A stretch of DNA of 63,910 nt, counting the filler, from Bigelowiella natans CCMP2755 (Eukaryota; Protista; Cercozoa), in assembly GCA_000320545.1 (NCBI GenBank). It is 7 parts of 7 records of this genome, joined end to end, with 100 filler letters (N's around TTAATTAATTAA, not from the genome) between each part and the next. Parts side by side here need not be neighbours in the genome. Positions count along the whole stretch, not along the records: positions 23,264 to 52,946 come from ADNK01001332.1; 6 more parts are not named here. One strand, 5' to 3'. The notes beneath the pieces were generated by a model. The model made no database searches. It saw nothing but the letters and a program-made list of their open reading frames with translations, and was not told where the DNA came from. Shown here piece after piece: positions 25,581 to 36,674 of the stretch. Position 1 is the stretch's first letter, and each line of letters starts with the position of its first letter. The position numbers and the translations under genes are program-made.

Positions 25581-26986
25581 AACTGCTACTACGTTTATCA
25601 TCTTTCTCGTCATCATCCTCGTCAGTCTCCTCATCGCTATACCCTCCAATCATGTTGTCAAGGTGCGTGGACGGCAGGTTGAGGTTCAAGGCAGGGCCAG
25701 AGGGGAGAGAGGGGTCGGACTTTATCCTACGCGTTGTTGACTTCGTTTCTTTCAGCAGCTTCACCAGCGGTGATAAGTACCTATTTTGATGATGATGAGG
25801 ATGAGGATGAGGAGGATGATGGGGTGCAGCAAAATAATGATGATGACTGCAGCTGCTGACACCAATAGATGACGATTCTTCTTCTTCTTCTTCTTCTTCT
25901 TCTTCCTTTTCTTCCAACTAACCCATCCACGGAAGGCCCGATGTCAGCCTGAGCAGATGATGATGAGTGAGGATGATAATGAGGATGATGATGATAGTCG
26001 TGACGGTCGCTTGTACAGATGCGCTGTCAAATTGAGCTTTGACCCGCTATCATTTGGAATAGTTACTGTTAGTATTACAACCCCAACCACCTCAGTATCA
26101 TCATCATCATCATCATCATTATAATCGTTATCATCGTCGCGACCATCACCTGCAAGACGTTTACGATTCCAGTGAGCATGTATAAGGCGTTGCTGGTAAC
26201 CTGGAAAAGATGCGTGAAGAAGTTCAGGGAGGGGGGGGGGGGGGGGGGGGGGGTGGAGTAGATATCAGTGACATACTGTTTATAAAAATAGTTGGGACAG
26301 AGAGGAGTTCTCTATATCACCCCCCATGCAAGATTGCTGTTGTGAATCACGCCTTTGAAGTAGTCGTGAAACGCAGCGTATGTTCGACTCACACGGCGGT
26401 ACAACAAACGAAGAGGAGGTTGCACGTGCTATCTCTCGCAACAAACGCGGCCACGAGAAAGCAGCCCATCAACCCACCACCACCGAGCTCCACGCACCAC
26501 TCTCTACCTCTGGCATGAGCCCTGGCGTCGATACTACCCCGGTTGCTGTTCGCACCGAGTGCTGCGCGTTGTTGGGGCAGATATATATATGGATGATGTC
26601 AGGAGCAGAAAAGGACAAATCGCCGATATACGTAAATGTGATGATGATAATGATGATGATGATGATGATGATGATGATGCGAAGCAAACGCCGGCCACCT
26701 CCTCCTCCTTAACCGACAAATATTTCTCTCTTTGAATAAGAGGGAAGGGCCACGGCACCATCAATAGCAGATTTGTTGACAGCAGCAGCAGCAGTAGCAA
26801 ACATCATCGGCACTACAGGTAGAACGGCAGCAGCATTGCAGCATTGAAAGTAGTAAGAAGAGAAGCTGAGCAAGCACCAACCTCGATGTATGGGTTGAAT
26901 ACAGATCTTCCAACAGCCTTGGCAATAGTGCCTACCGTGCCAACAACACACGACCAACAAAGACATACGACGACGAAGGCATCACA

Positions 26987-27038
<52 letters not shown>

Positions 27039-27454
27039 CAGATGTCCACAACACAGAGCAGCACTGGCTAACATCACTGCAACGATTCCCTTCCACTGAC
27101 CGATCAGAATCAATCGAATCGGTATAACGATTCCCTTCCACTGACCGATCAGAATCAATCGAATCGGTATAACAACACGCCCATCTCACGTCGCAACCAA
27201 AAAACCCGGGAAACGCTGGGTTATTTTATGATATATGAATGAATGCTTCCTTGCCTCCCCCCCCCCCCCCCCCCCCCTCCTCTCTTCACACACACAAAGC
27301 GAATCTTACCGGCAGCTTCCATCGTGCGTCCTTTGATTAGATTTTCGCTCGCACTTTTGCTAGCCGAGGAGGATGCTGCGGCGGCTGGATCAGACGACGA
27401 TGGTGTGCCCCACAAGCTTTGAGGTGATAGTTGTAGTGATAGTAATAGCAGAAG

Positions 27455-27487
<33 letters not shown>

Positions 27488-27684
27488 GAATAGGAGAATC
27501 ATCAACAAACAAACGGGTTGATGGGCAAAGGCAGCAGCAGCGTACACAAAGCAAGGGGGGAGCAAAAGGGGTTATTTGTTTCCAAGACCATAAGAGATCG
27601 CGGAGGGCTAGAAAGAACCCCGCAAACAAACCATCTCAAAATTCACAAAAATACACTAGAATCTCAACGAAAACACCAAACTCT

Positions 27685-27767
<83 letters not shown>

Positions 27768-27784
27768 CCTGTGACAAGGCCTCT

Positions 27785-27816
<32 letters not shown>

Positions 27817-28547
27817 CTTGTTACTATCTACTACCTCGTGAGAATTTCCATGACCCCAGGCACGAAGGGCGTAAAATCTGCCTGAGATCCTTCCGCCATT
27901 GCGCCAATAGCACTTACTACGTCCGCCGTCGCCGTTGTCTTGATGTCGGAGTCGTCTGGGATGCGTGTGATAATTGATTATTATATTGTTGCTTCAGGCG
28001 TTGTCCAATCATCATCATCGTCGTCCAACAAGGAGTGGGATAGATCGATATCTCAAAGGCGACTACTTTATTTAGAAGTAGCGGTGTGATGCGGATAAAT
28101 TGATGCTGTTTGTCCTTGCTATGGCTATCTATACTACACGCATCACCGGTGTTCGCTACGTCTCCTGTATTCGTTTCCGTCGCCGTTCCAGATACTAATA
28201 TTTTTGATCATCATCATCATCATCTGCATCATCATCATCATCATCATCATCTGCAGCATCATCAACCGAGCATGCAGCCGGCCTTGGGCAACTCACGTTG
28301 TGACATCATCATCAGACGCGTTTTGAGAATGTCCACGAACTGCAGCAGCATCGGCTCCAAGAGCGGCTTGAGCACGTCACGCTCCGCATTACCTTTGATT
28401 CCGATGATTTATGATCAAATAATGCTCGAAAGGGAGATGGCAACAACACTCCAACCCACCCACACAGACGCACCCACTCCTCCATATCTCCCTTCGCCAT
28501 CATCATCATCATCATCATCATCACCATCATGTATTTATTATCTTCTT

Positions 28548-28578
<31 letters not shown>

Positions 28579-29080
28579 TTTTTCTCAGTATTTCGAGACT
28601 TACAACTCATTCTTTGCATGACTTGGGCAGCAGCGCTGACGATGGAATCGGGGCCTAAGGTGATGACAATTGATGATAAATCATGATCATGATTAGTAGT
28701 AGTAGTGGTAGTAATAGTAGTAGTAGTATAAGTGTTACCTGATTTTAGAAGCGGAAGGAGGTCTTGTGCAATATTAGCCATCTTCTCCGCTAGGAATGCC
28801 TCACCAAGGTCATCGGCAAATCGTGATAGGGTCACCAATCCGTATCTAATCAAAATGTTGATGGTAAACGGGGGGGGGGAGGCGGAGGAGGAGGAGGAGG
28901 AGGAGGAGGAGGAGGAGGAGGATATCAACGAAGATATCGTGAGATAGAAGCATATAATAAATATTGAAATACATTGAGTGTTGCGCCATAGGCTGCTGCG
29001 TGTGCATATCCAACGGTTTATTTGTTGCTGTCTACACTATTCTATCGTAGCGGTGGTGGTGGGTGGGGGGGGGGTTGGCG

Positions 29081-29121
<41 letters not shown>

Positions 29122-29860
29122 TTGTCTTGTTTCACCACCGTTTGACTCGGATATCAGGGTCCTGGAGGACTTTTGTAACTTGTGTCAATAGGCTGTCGAT
29201 GTGAGGCCTCAGGCTATCAGCGCACCCATCGGCAATAGCTCCCAAGGCAAGTACCTACGATGACGATGATGATGATCCGGCAGTTCGGTGCAGTGAGTAA
29301 CCTCCGTCGTTGTGCTAGCGAATCGATTCATATCTCACGACGACGTCGAACCAACATGTTACAGGTATTTTACATATTAAAGAGAGAATCAGGGACGGGG
29401 GGGGGGGGGAGGGGAGGGGGACGAGAGAGAGAGCAAGAGAGAGCGAGAGAGTAAGGAACACGCTCGCAAATCTACAAACATCTAAGCACGTAGTACCCCC
29501 GCTCCCCGCACATGCGGCTCAGGGGATTGCAGCATTTGCATGATCAGATTTGCGGTCGGCTCGAAGATGTAGTCGTTCGGAAATTGAATCTAAGAGTTTT
29601 ACAGCATCAGTCAGTATCAGCAGTCGCAGTGGCAGTAGCAGCAGCGATAGATCGCTCTTGCCCAAGGAAAAGAGACGTGCTTTGTAGTTAGAGACATAAG
29701 ACTGCTGATTGCAGTTGTTTTCTTCTTCTTCTTCTTCTTCATCATCTTCTTCTGGGTTGTGATGTTCATTGCAATTAACGATCATGGCGGGTGGTATATC
29801 ATATAATGAGAATGATATCCTCGTATTTTAGCACCAATACATATAGGAAGCACCAAAGCT

Positions 29861-29897
<37 letters not shown>

Positions 29898-29924
29898 TCT
29901 CTCGATCTCCTTCCTCCCCCCAGC

Positions 29925-29963
<39 letters not shown>

Positions 29964-30798
29964 TATACAACCACCATACATACCGCCATCTCGCTGAGGA
30001 GGTCAGCAGCAGAGCCATTCTCAGCATCCTCACGCTCTGTGACCTGATGGTTGTATTGTAAGCAGGCAGCGCTTCTTAAGAGCAGAAAGTATGTGTTTAC
30101 ACAACAAATAGCAGCAAACGAAGAGATCAGCGCTATTAGTGAAGTGGTAGTCAATGTAGTAGTGACTGGTGCGCCACCACGGCTTTACTCTTGGGAGCTC
30201 ATACAACAACTTGTGAGTGGCGAGTGAGGAGGAGGTCATAAAATGAGGTGATATGATTTGATCCTCAAATTATTGAGGATAACTGCCGGTAGGGTGGGGG
30301 TATTTTTTGTTGTCGTCGCCCCTGCGAGAGGGCAGGCTATATGTGTTGCGTTCCGATTTAATAAGCTCCAAGTGTATTGCAACGTCGATGCTGCTTATTC
30401 GACATTCCCTACCCCCTCCCCCCTCCCTCCTCCCGTTGACGTCCGCTGTACCTGCTGCGCAATGAGTTTGAATGCGATCGAGAGCACTTCCTGAATCCTC
30501 GGTAGCTTCTGTAGCTGCTTGCTCTTATACTTGACAAGGCTGGCCAGGAGACTCAGTGTTCCATCGGCAAGATCTCCGGATATCCCTTCAAAACTGAGAA
30601 TCTCGAGGCAAACCTAACGCAACACCCGGTGCAGAAGAAGAAGAAGAAGAAGAAGAGAAAAAAGTACGCGTTAGAGCACAAAGATCAGCTCATCAACAAG
30701 TTGCTGAAAGCACCAAGCAAGTACCGTCAGCATCGACTCCAGTTGAGCATCCAAGATGCGCGTCTGTAGTTAAATTGTTTGGGTGTGTGTGGTAAACT

Positions 30799-30833
<35 letters not shown>

Positions 30834-32981
30834 ATAGTAGTAGTATCCCCACAAAGTAGTAGCCGTATGGTATATCAGAAACAGAAACAACTGAAAATCC
30901 GTCCGACAATTTCGCACAGTTTCTTTTTGCTCTGGGCTTGCGGAAACAACGGAGTATATCTGATGATGCTAGTGCTGCTACTACCTTGGAAGGGGCCAGC
31001 TCATCTAGTATCTCCAGTACCTCTACAACGATGTCCTCCTATTGTTAGTGGTGTGTCAGTAGTAGTAGTAGCAGCAGCAGCATTGAGATGCGGTGCCGCA
31101 TCGATGGGTGATGGGTGGTGAGCAATAATATAACCAAGGAAAGACGATAATGATAGCAGAAATAACATCATGCACCGAGTTAGCCGGCACCTGTCCTTGC
31201 TTGACGGCAAAGGAAAGCGCGTTGAGCATGAGCGGGATCAGCCGTTCAAAATGCAGGATCTCCTCGTCCCCTCCCACTTTCCCGGCGAGCGATGCGAACG
31301 CACGCAAAGCGGCGATGGAGACGCGCTTGTCGCTGTCCTTCAGGCCAGCTTCGTAAACGCGCGCGAGTTTCTCGGCGTATGCATCCCCGTCCATGAGCCA
31401 AAGTCCCACCTCATCCGACATGAAGTACAGCAACACCATGCTAACCTCACGGGTCTCGGCGGCACCGCTGGCCATGCCCGCGAATACGAAATCTTCAAGC
31501 TGCTGCCAATTTTGCCTGTAGAGGAGGAGGAGGAGGAGGAGGAGGAGGAGGAGGAAGAGGGGAGGAAGGATTTAGAAGTAGAATGGAAATAACCGAGCAT
31601 GCTGGCCGTGCGGTGTAACTCTAAATAAATAGTGCATGTAGCGATTTGGAATTCTGGGACGAGTTGAGGACTTGGGCAATTATATATTATCATCATTTCG
31701 TCGTAGGAGGCATGAAGATTAGACGCAGCGCACTCTCGCACTTAGTACCTCCAATGCACGCGCTTGTTGAGCATGGCTACAGAAGCGGCGGTGGCGCGCC
31801 GAGACAGAGAATAGGGTTCACGTGTCAAGAGTCCCAACAGCAAAGTCTTAAAGATCTCCACAATCTCCACCTTCTCAGGGCCCTTGGCCTGTTTTGAAGG
31901 AGAGGATAAGAGAAGAAAGGAGAGGTGGTGGTTATTGTTAGGAAGGCGGCGGGGGGGGGGGGAGGGCCAACGAGTCACGATTAGTATGCGAGATTATTGC
32001 GACAAGATGCACGAATTCAACATTGAGATCGTGTCATGATCATCTATCATACCTCAGCGATCCTTGGCCAGTGGGCAGCCATTGTCTTACGGAAGAAGGT
32101 GCCTGCAATTTGCCGAACTTGCGCATTGGTGTTTTCCAAGGAGGTCATGATGTAAAGAAGTGACATCACGGATTGCGCCTCCTTAAAGGCTTCCTTGGCA
32201 AATGTCTCTGCTGCCTGCAGCCGTTGCGTATCAGGGGCAAGAAATTCTTGCATGCACGCAGCGATTTGCGAGGTGGCTTGCATGTTGATGTGAGCCTCCA
32301 GGAGCCGCTTCGCCTCGTCGTACGTAAGGACGCGTGCAGACTTCCGCTTATCGCCCCCCTCCAGTCCATCTCCTCTCTTTGAAATGTCTTGCAGTTGCGA
32401 TTGATACCCCTGCATCATATCCTCCTCGTTGGCGCCGCCGCGCAGGTGGCCGATCGAGGACAGAATCGATGAGAACGCCCGTAGTCCCCTTCCTCCTAGA
32501 CAATGCTGCGACACTTCGGTATTAATCCTACCATTACTAGACTGTGGCGATAAGCCGGCACAATTTCGCGACTCAGGCCTTGTGCGCTGGGGCACGGCGT
32601 TTAGATTGCCTGGAGCACATCATCAGAGTGCGTCAGATTTTGGAAGTGGTGGCGAGGCAGATGCCCCTCAGATATACTGTCCCTGCGATCGAGTGACAAG
32701 GCATGTCGCTCAAATTTAATTTCCTACTAGGTTCAAAGGCCTCGCAATGCCCTATAAATGGTGGTGTCTCGTGGTTCATCATCATCGAGTGAATAACAAA
32801 GACCTGGGTTGTGCGTCGTGACTGCGGCGATGCAAACGAGCAAGAAGCAAACGAAAAAACCGCTGGTAAAACCAGACCGACGAGTCTGATAAACCTTCTT
32901 CTCGTCATCGCGGTCCATGGCGTGTAGTAAAGGTTCCTGCGCCAATGGCCCTCCCCACGCCCGAGAGGCCTCGGCCGCCAT
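23264..32981 (-). CDS. Importin-beta family karyopherin (importin-4/Kap123-like HEAT protein) with a bipartite N-terminal leader; many exons, 3' end truncated by linker
   Basis: IBN_N-like FLAPDTQRLQAAE..NAQVRQIAGTFFRK..HW. HEAT exons include NWQQLEDFVF..ETREVSMVLL..DSDKRVSIAALRAF, ALGAIADGCADSLRPHIDSLL..LQDPDIRV, IKGRTMEAAG|TVGTIAKAVG, an acidic insert and VRMAAIESIP. Exon 1 (32981-32804) splices in frame to 32609. Confidence 0.85.
27081..27173. repeat. Perfect 45-nt tandem duplication in an intron
   Basis: aacgattcccttccactgaccgatcagaatcaatcgaatcggtat occurs twice (27081-27125 and 27126-27170). Confidence 0.95.
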
Positions 32982-33462
32982 TCGCGAAAAATTATTTATC
33001 TGAAATCGGGAATCGAGTGCGGGCGAAATTCTATCGAAAAACACCCGAAATAGGCCTCATTTTGCGGAATCTCAGCCAAATCAGCCCCAAGCCCACTCTC
33101 ATAGGAAAAGTGATCCGCTGCCTCGGTGACACCCAGGCGATCTGCTGCCTGCGACAAGCTTGAGCGCGGTGGAAGTCTCGGGATTCCCCGGAGTCCAAGC
33201 TACGGGCTGCGGCGCCAAAGGCTCTCATGCTCGTTCGGTTGTCGTTGCTGGGGGTGTTGCGGTGGGGTTGCTGCACAGTGGCCTCGGTTTTGTTGGGAGA
33301 GACAACGCACAACGGGGAAATACCCGAAGAATCACCGGAGAAACAACCACAGGAAAACAGCTAAACTACTGCTCGTGGTTCAAACCCAAACGAGAATACG
33401 CGGGGAGGGGGAGGAAGGAGTATCTGTTGCCCTAGCCGCCTGTTCCGTTGCGATAGTTCAGC

Positions 33463-35327
33463 ATGGGGAAGCGGAAGGAACTTCAATGCGTGCTCGCTTT
33501 CCTATTCATTACGGCCGGGCTGCTGCTGCTGCTGATTGGGGTCCGCAATAACTCTTCCGGAGAACTTCCGGGATCGATTCAGCGCGGATCTCGTGCAGTG
33601 AAGACCAAGCATCTAAATCTAAACAAGGGCAAGATCAACGGCGGGACCAGTCACTGTCATGGAAGACAACACGTGATATTTAAACATGAACGTGCCAAAC
33701 CTTTGATTCCCAACTCCGAATGGCTTCCACAGCGAATTCCTCAGGTCGCAAAATCATCGTTTTCGTTAATTTCCTTCCCGATTAGGACTTAAAATCGACT
33801 TTCAAATATGCAGTTACCACCCAAAGGCAGTCTGTATCTACGTCCAAGACCCATACTCTTCCTTTGTTTGGCGAGAGAAACAAAGTTTACCAACGAGGTA
33901 CTGTTGCTTTCCATAAAAACGTTTGCATGCAATGAAACTCCACTATCGTCATCCTGCTGTAATAGGTTTCTATGGACACCTCCGATTCGGAGAGCAAAAA
34001 CGCACATGTATCGGAGGTTCAAGAAAATACGTGGGCCAATAGGTTTCCAGTTCGAAGTTAGCATAAAATAGCATTAGTATCATATGATATCTTCCACTGT
34101 CAATCACACATATATACACATGAGTGTGTCTTTGTGTGTGTATTAAAAATCAATTTATGCCTTAAAGATAATCATGATATAAGTTGATCCGTCTATCCAT
34201 TCGTGTTTATGCCTACTGAAAACGCTATTGTAAGTTACACTTTTATGCACTAATCTCAGTTACAAGCAAACAATTACAACGCATGGACACTACCTTACTG
34301 CTATGGCATACGCTGGGTTTAGGTGAGAGGCGTTTGTTATTTGGGTCCATCCAAGGACCCTTTATCTACCATATATCCTCTTTTCCCCTCCCACTTTCCT
34401 CACTACACTCAGCTACCAAGACACTTTTATGCCACCAAGGCCGAATCTAACCTATATATTATTGTATTCGCAGAGCTAAAGGTCCCGGGGCTGTGTACGT
34501 CAACTTCGATGGACGTACTAGCTCCAACACGGTAAGTAAATAGAACAAGGAACAATGTCATGTTCATTCAAAGTAAGACGAGAAATCTGACAAGAGCACT
34601 GTCACACGCATAGGCATTTGATGACATGGCGGAACGCTTTCCGAGTGCACTACTGCCATCTGGAGAAATGCGCGAGATGATGTCTGGAATTCCCGCGGTC
34701 TACGTTCCATTGGAAGGATATTCGCTGCTTGATGGAGAGGATTCCATGGAAGAACATCTGAAAGATATTACATTAGAAAACATCAATAATTACGACCCAG
34801 AGAAAGGGTTTGTGATAGTTTTTGAGGCTTCCCAACTCTCCGGTGTGGATGTGGTACAGCCTAGTATGCCGCCGAATGTCATCGCGAGACAGCTAAGAGA
34901 GGCTGTCAAGATCAACGCCGCAGAAGTAAATCAGCCTGCGGAAATAGCGAGAACGGAAGTAGAAGGGCCTGAAGCTTATGACCCGAGAAAGGACCCATCA
35001 ATTCCGTATTCTAGAGCAGCAAAAGGAATGGGAGAGCAGAAGGAGTCTTCTATATTAGAGAGTCTCAGCGGTGAAGCACTCAGTGAAAGAGAAAGGCTTG
35101 CCTGGTTCCATCGAAACGTGAATGGCATTGTCGGCCCCCCGAGACATGAAAGCTTTGATCTAAATGCAGCCATTCAAATCACAAGCGGTTTTACGAGGGA
35201 AGGACTTGATTTGGCAGTCACAAAAGCCGTTATGCTGCTCGCTAAAAACGGGGAAACTCGGTTAACCAACGAATGTTTATCTAACGCTGTTTCTGAGGTG
35301 AGAAGACCTAGCCAGAAGGGATCTTAA
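33463..35327 (+). CDS. Putative plastid-targeted hypothetical protein with an isolated C-terminal AAA+ lid-like domain; multi-exon
   Basis: Signal-like CVLAFLFITAGLLLLLIG is followed by a basic transit-like stretch. Exons give YLTAMAYAGFR|AKGPGAVYVNFDG..|..IPAVYVP..INNYDPEKGFVIVF, and the C-terminus reads FDLNAAIQITSGFTREGLDLAVTKAVMLLAKNGETRLTNECLSNAV. Confidence 0.65.
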
Positions 35328-35689
35328 TTTCTGCAATAACGTTCGCATTGCTATGAGGTGCATGCACCACGCCCATTCCTTAGCCATGATATTTTGATGA
35401 AACTGATGAAAATAGTATATTGTATAATTGGGCTCTTTAGTAAGCGGCTGCTGCGTATCGTTCAGTGTAATGGCATACCAAAAACTCACTAACAGTGAAG
35501 AACATAGCTTGTAGATGTCTTGCATGCCTGCTTAGGTTTCCATATGTTGCAGCATCTATATATGTTAAATACAGCCGCGTACGTCTTAGAGACGCTATTC
35601 ATCTCCAGATAACAAGTCTCTATTAGCTGCCCGCGATACGACGCAGTGGTATGCATACAGCTTGACCAAACTTGGGTGTGCTGATCGCA

Positions 35690-36400
35690 AAAACCATTCA
35701 TCACAATGCAACTTTGGAACGCGAGGCTAGATTCGCACGTTTCGCACATGGCAAAGAACGGCCTCACCAACAAGGGCTTCCGAGAGGATGACAACCGCAA
35801 TTTGTGTGGCTTGGTGGTTCCTTCAATCAAACAAGAATCATGCAAATCGAACCTCACAAAATCCTCACACATGGATAGCTAGACAGGGCTGCGATGGCTC
35901 AAATGGAACCTGTTGTTTTGCAGTGCAAAGACTTGCACAATTGCCGCACGCATGCATTTGGCGTGACATTTTCGAAAAGTGTTTGGTTGGGCTTTTGAGC
36001 TCGCTAGCTCGTGCCCCAATCTCTGCCCATGGAATTAGAGTCATTGTGCCAACACATTTCTGTCGAAGGGTCCACTTGTTGCGTGCTTCCAGTTGGCTGC
36101 GCATGCATAGCTAGACAGTCTGTAAGCTTGTATGTAAAGATTTTAAGTATGTGCAAATGCTGCAAACTCTTGGCATAAAATAAGGCTCTGTGAGGAGTAG
36201 TATTACGATGTGCGCTGTGTGTGGCTATGTGACGGTAATTGTGTTCCACATGGAGGTGCTCGCCTGACTGGCTTTGACGCGTGCATGCGAAGTGGGCTGG
36301 CTAGTCGGTGCAGCCCTGTACAAAAATAGTTGTGATGCAAGCGCATGCATGCAAGTGGCATCGCGCGCCATAGCATTCAGTAACGCTAGCAGCTACTCTC
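35690..36400. other. TpA-poor, CTAG-insertion block
   Basis: ctcg-ctag-ctcg at 36000 and atag-ctag-acag at 35875 and 36107. TA is rare between 35690 and 36120. Confidence 0.75.
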
Positions 36401-36674
36401 GACTTAGCGCCTACTGTATGTGACATATAGGCCACTCACTTACTAATGGTGATTGGCATGTAGGATTTGGGTCTGTGGATACGTATCGTAGCGTATGACG
36501 ACGCATGAATGTTTGCGGATTGTAAAATTAAGTACGTATATGTATATGGCTCTCTCTATTTTAAACATAGTTAAGGAAGATAGAGCTGCACGTAAACATT
36601 AAATATCGTATATAACGTAACTAGGTAAGTATGATGCATATAATCAGTTCTTAATTTGAAAAACGTCGTTATAA

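Noticed and set aside
27081-27173. CRISPR-like array
   Set aside because: Two abutting 45-nt copies with no spacer, in an intron of a eukaryotic gene, with no cas genes.
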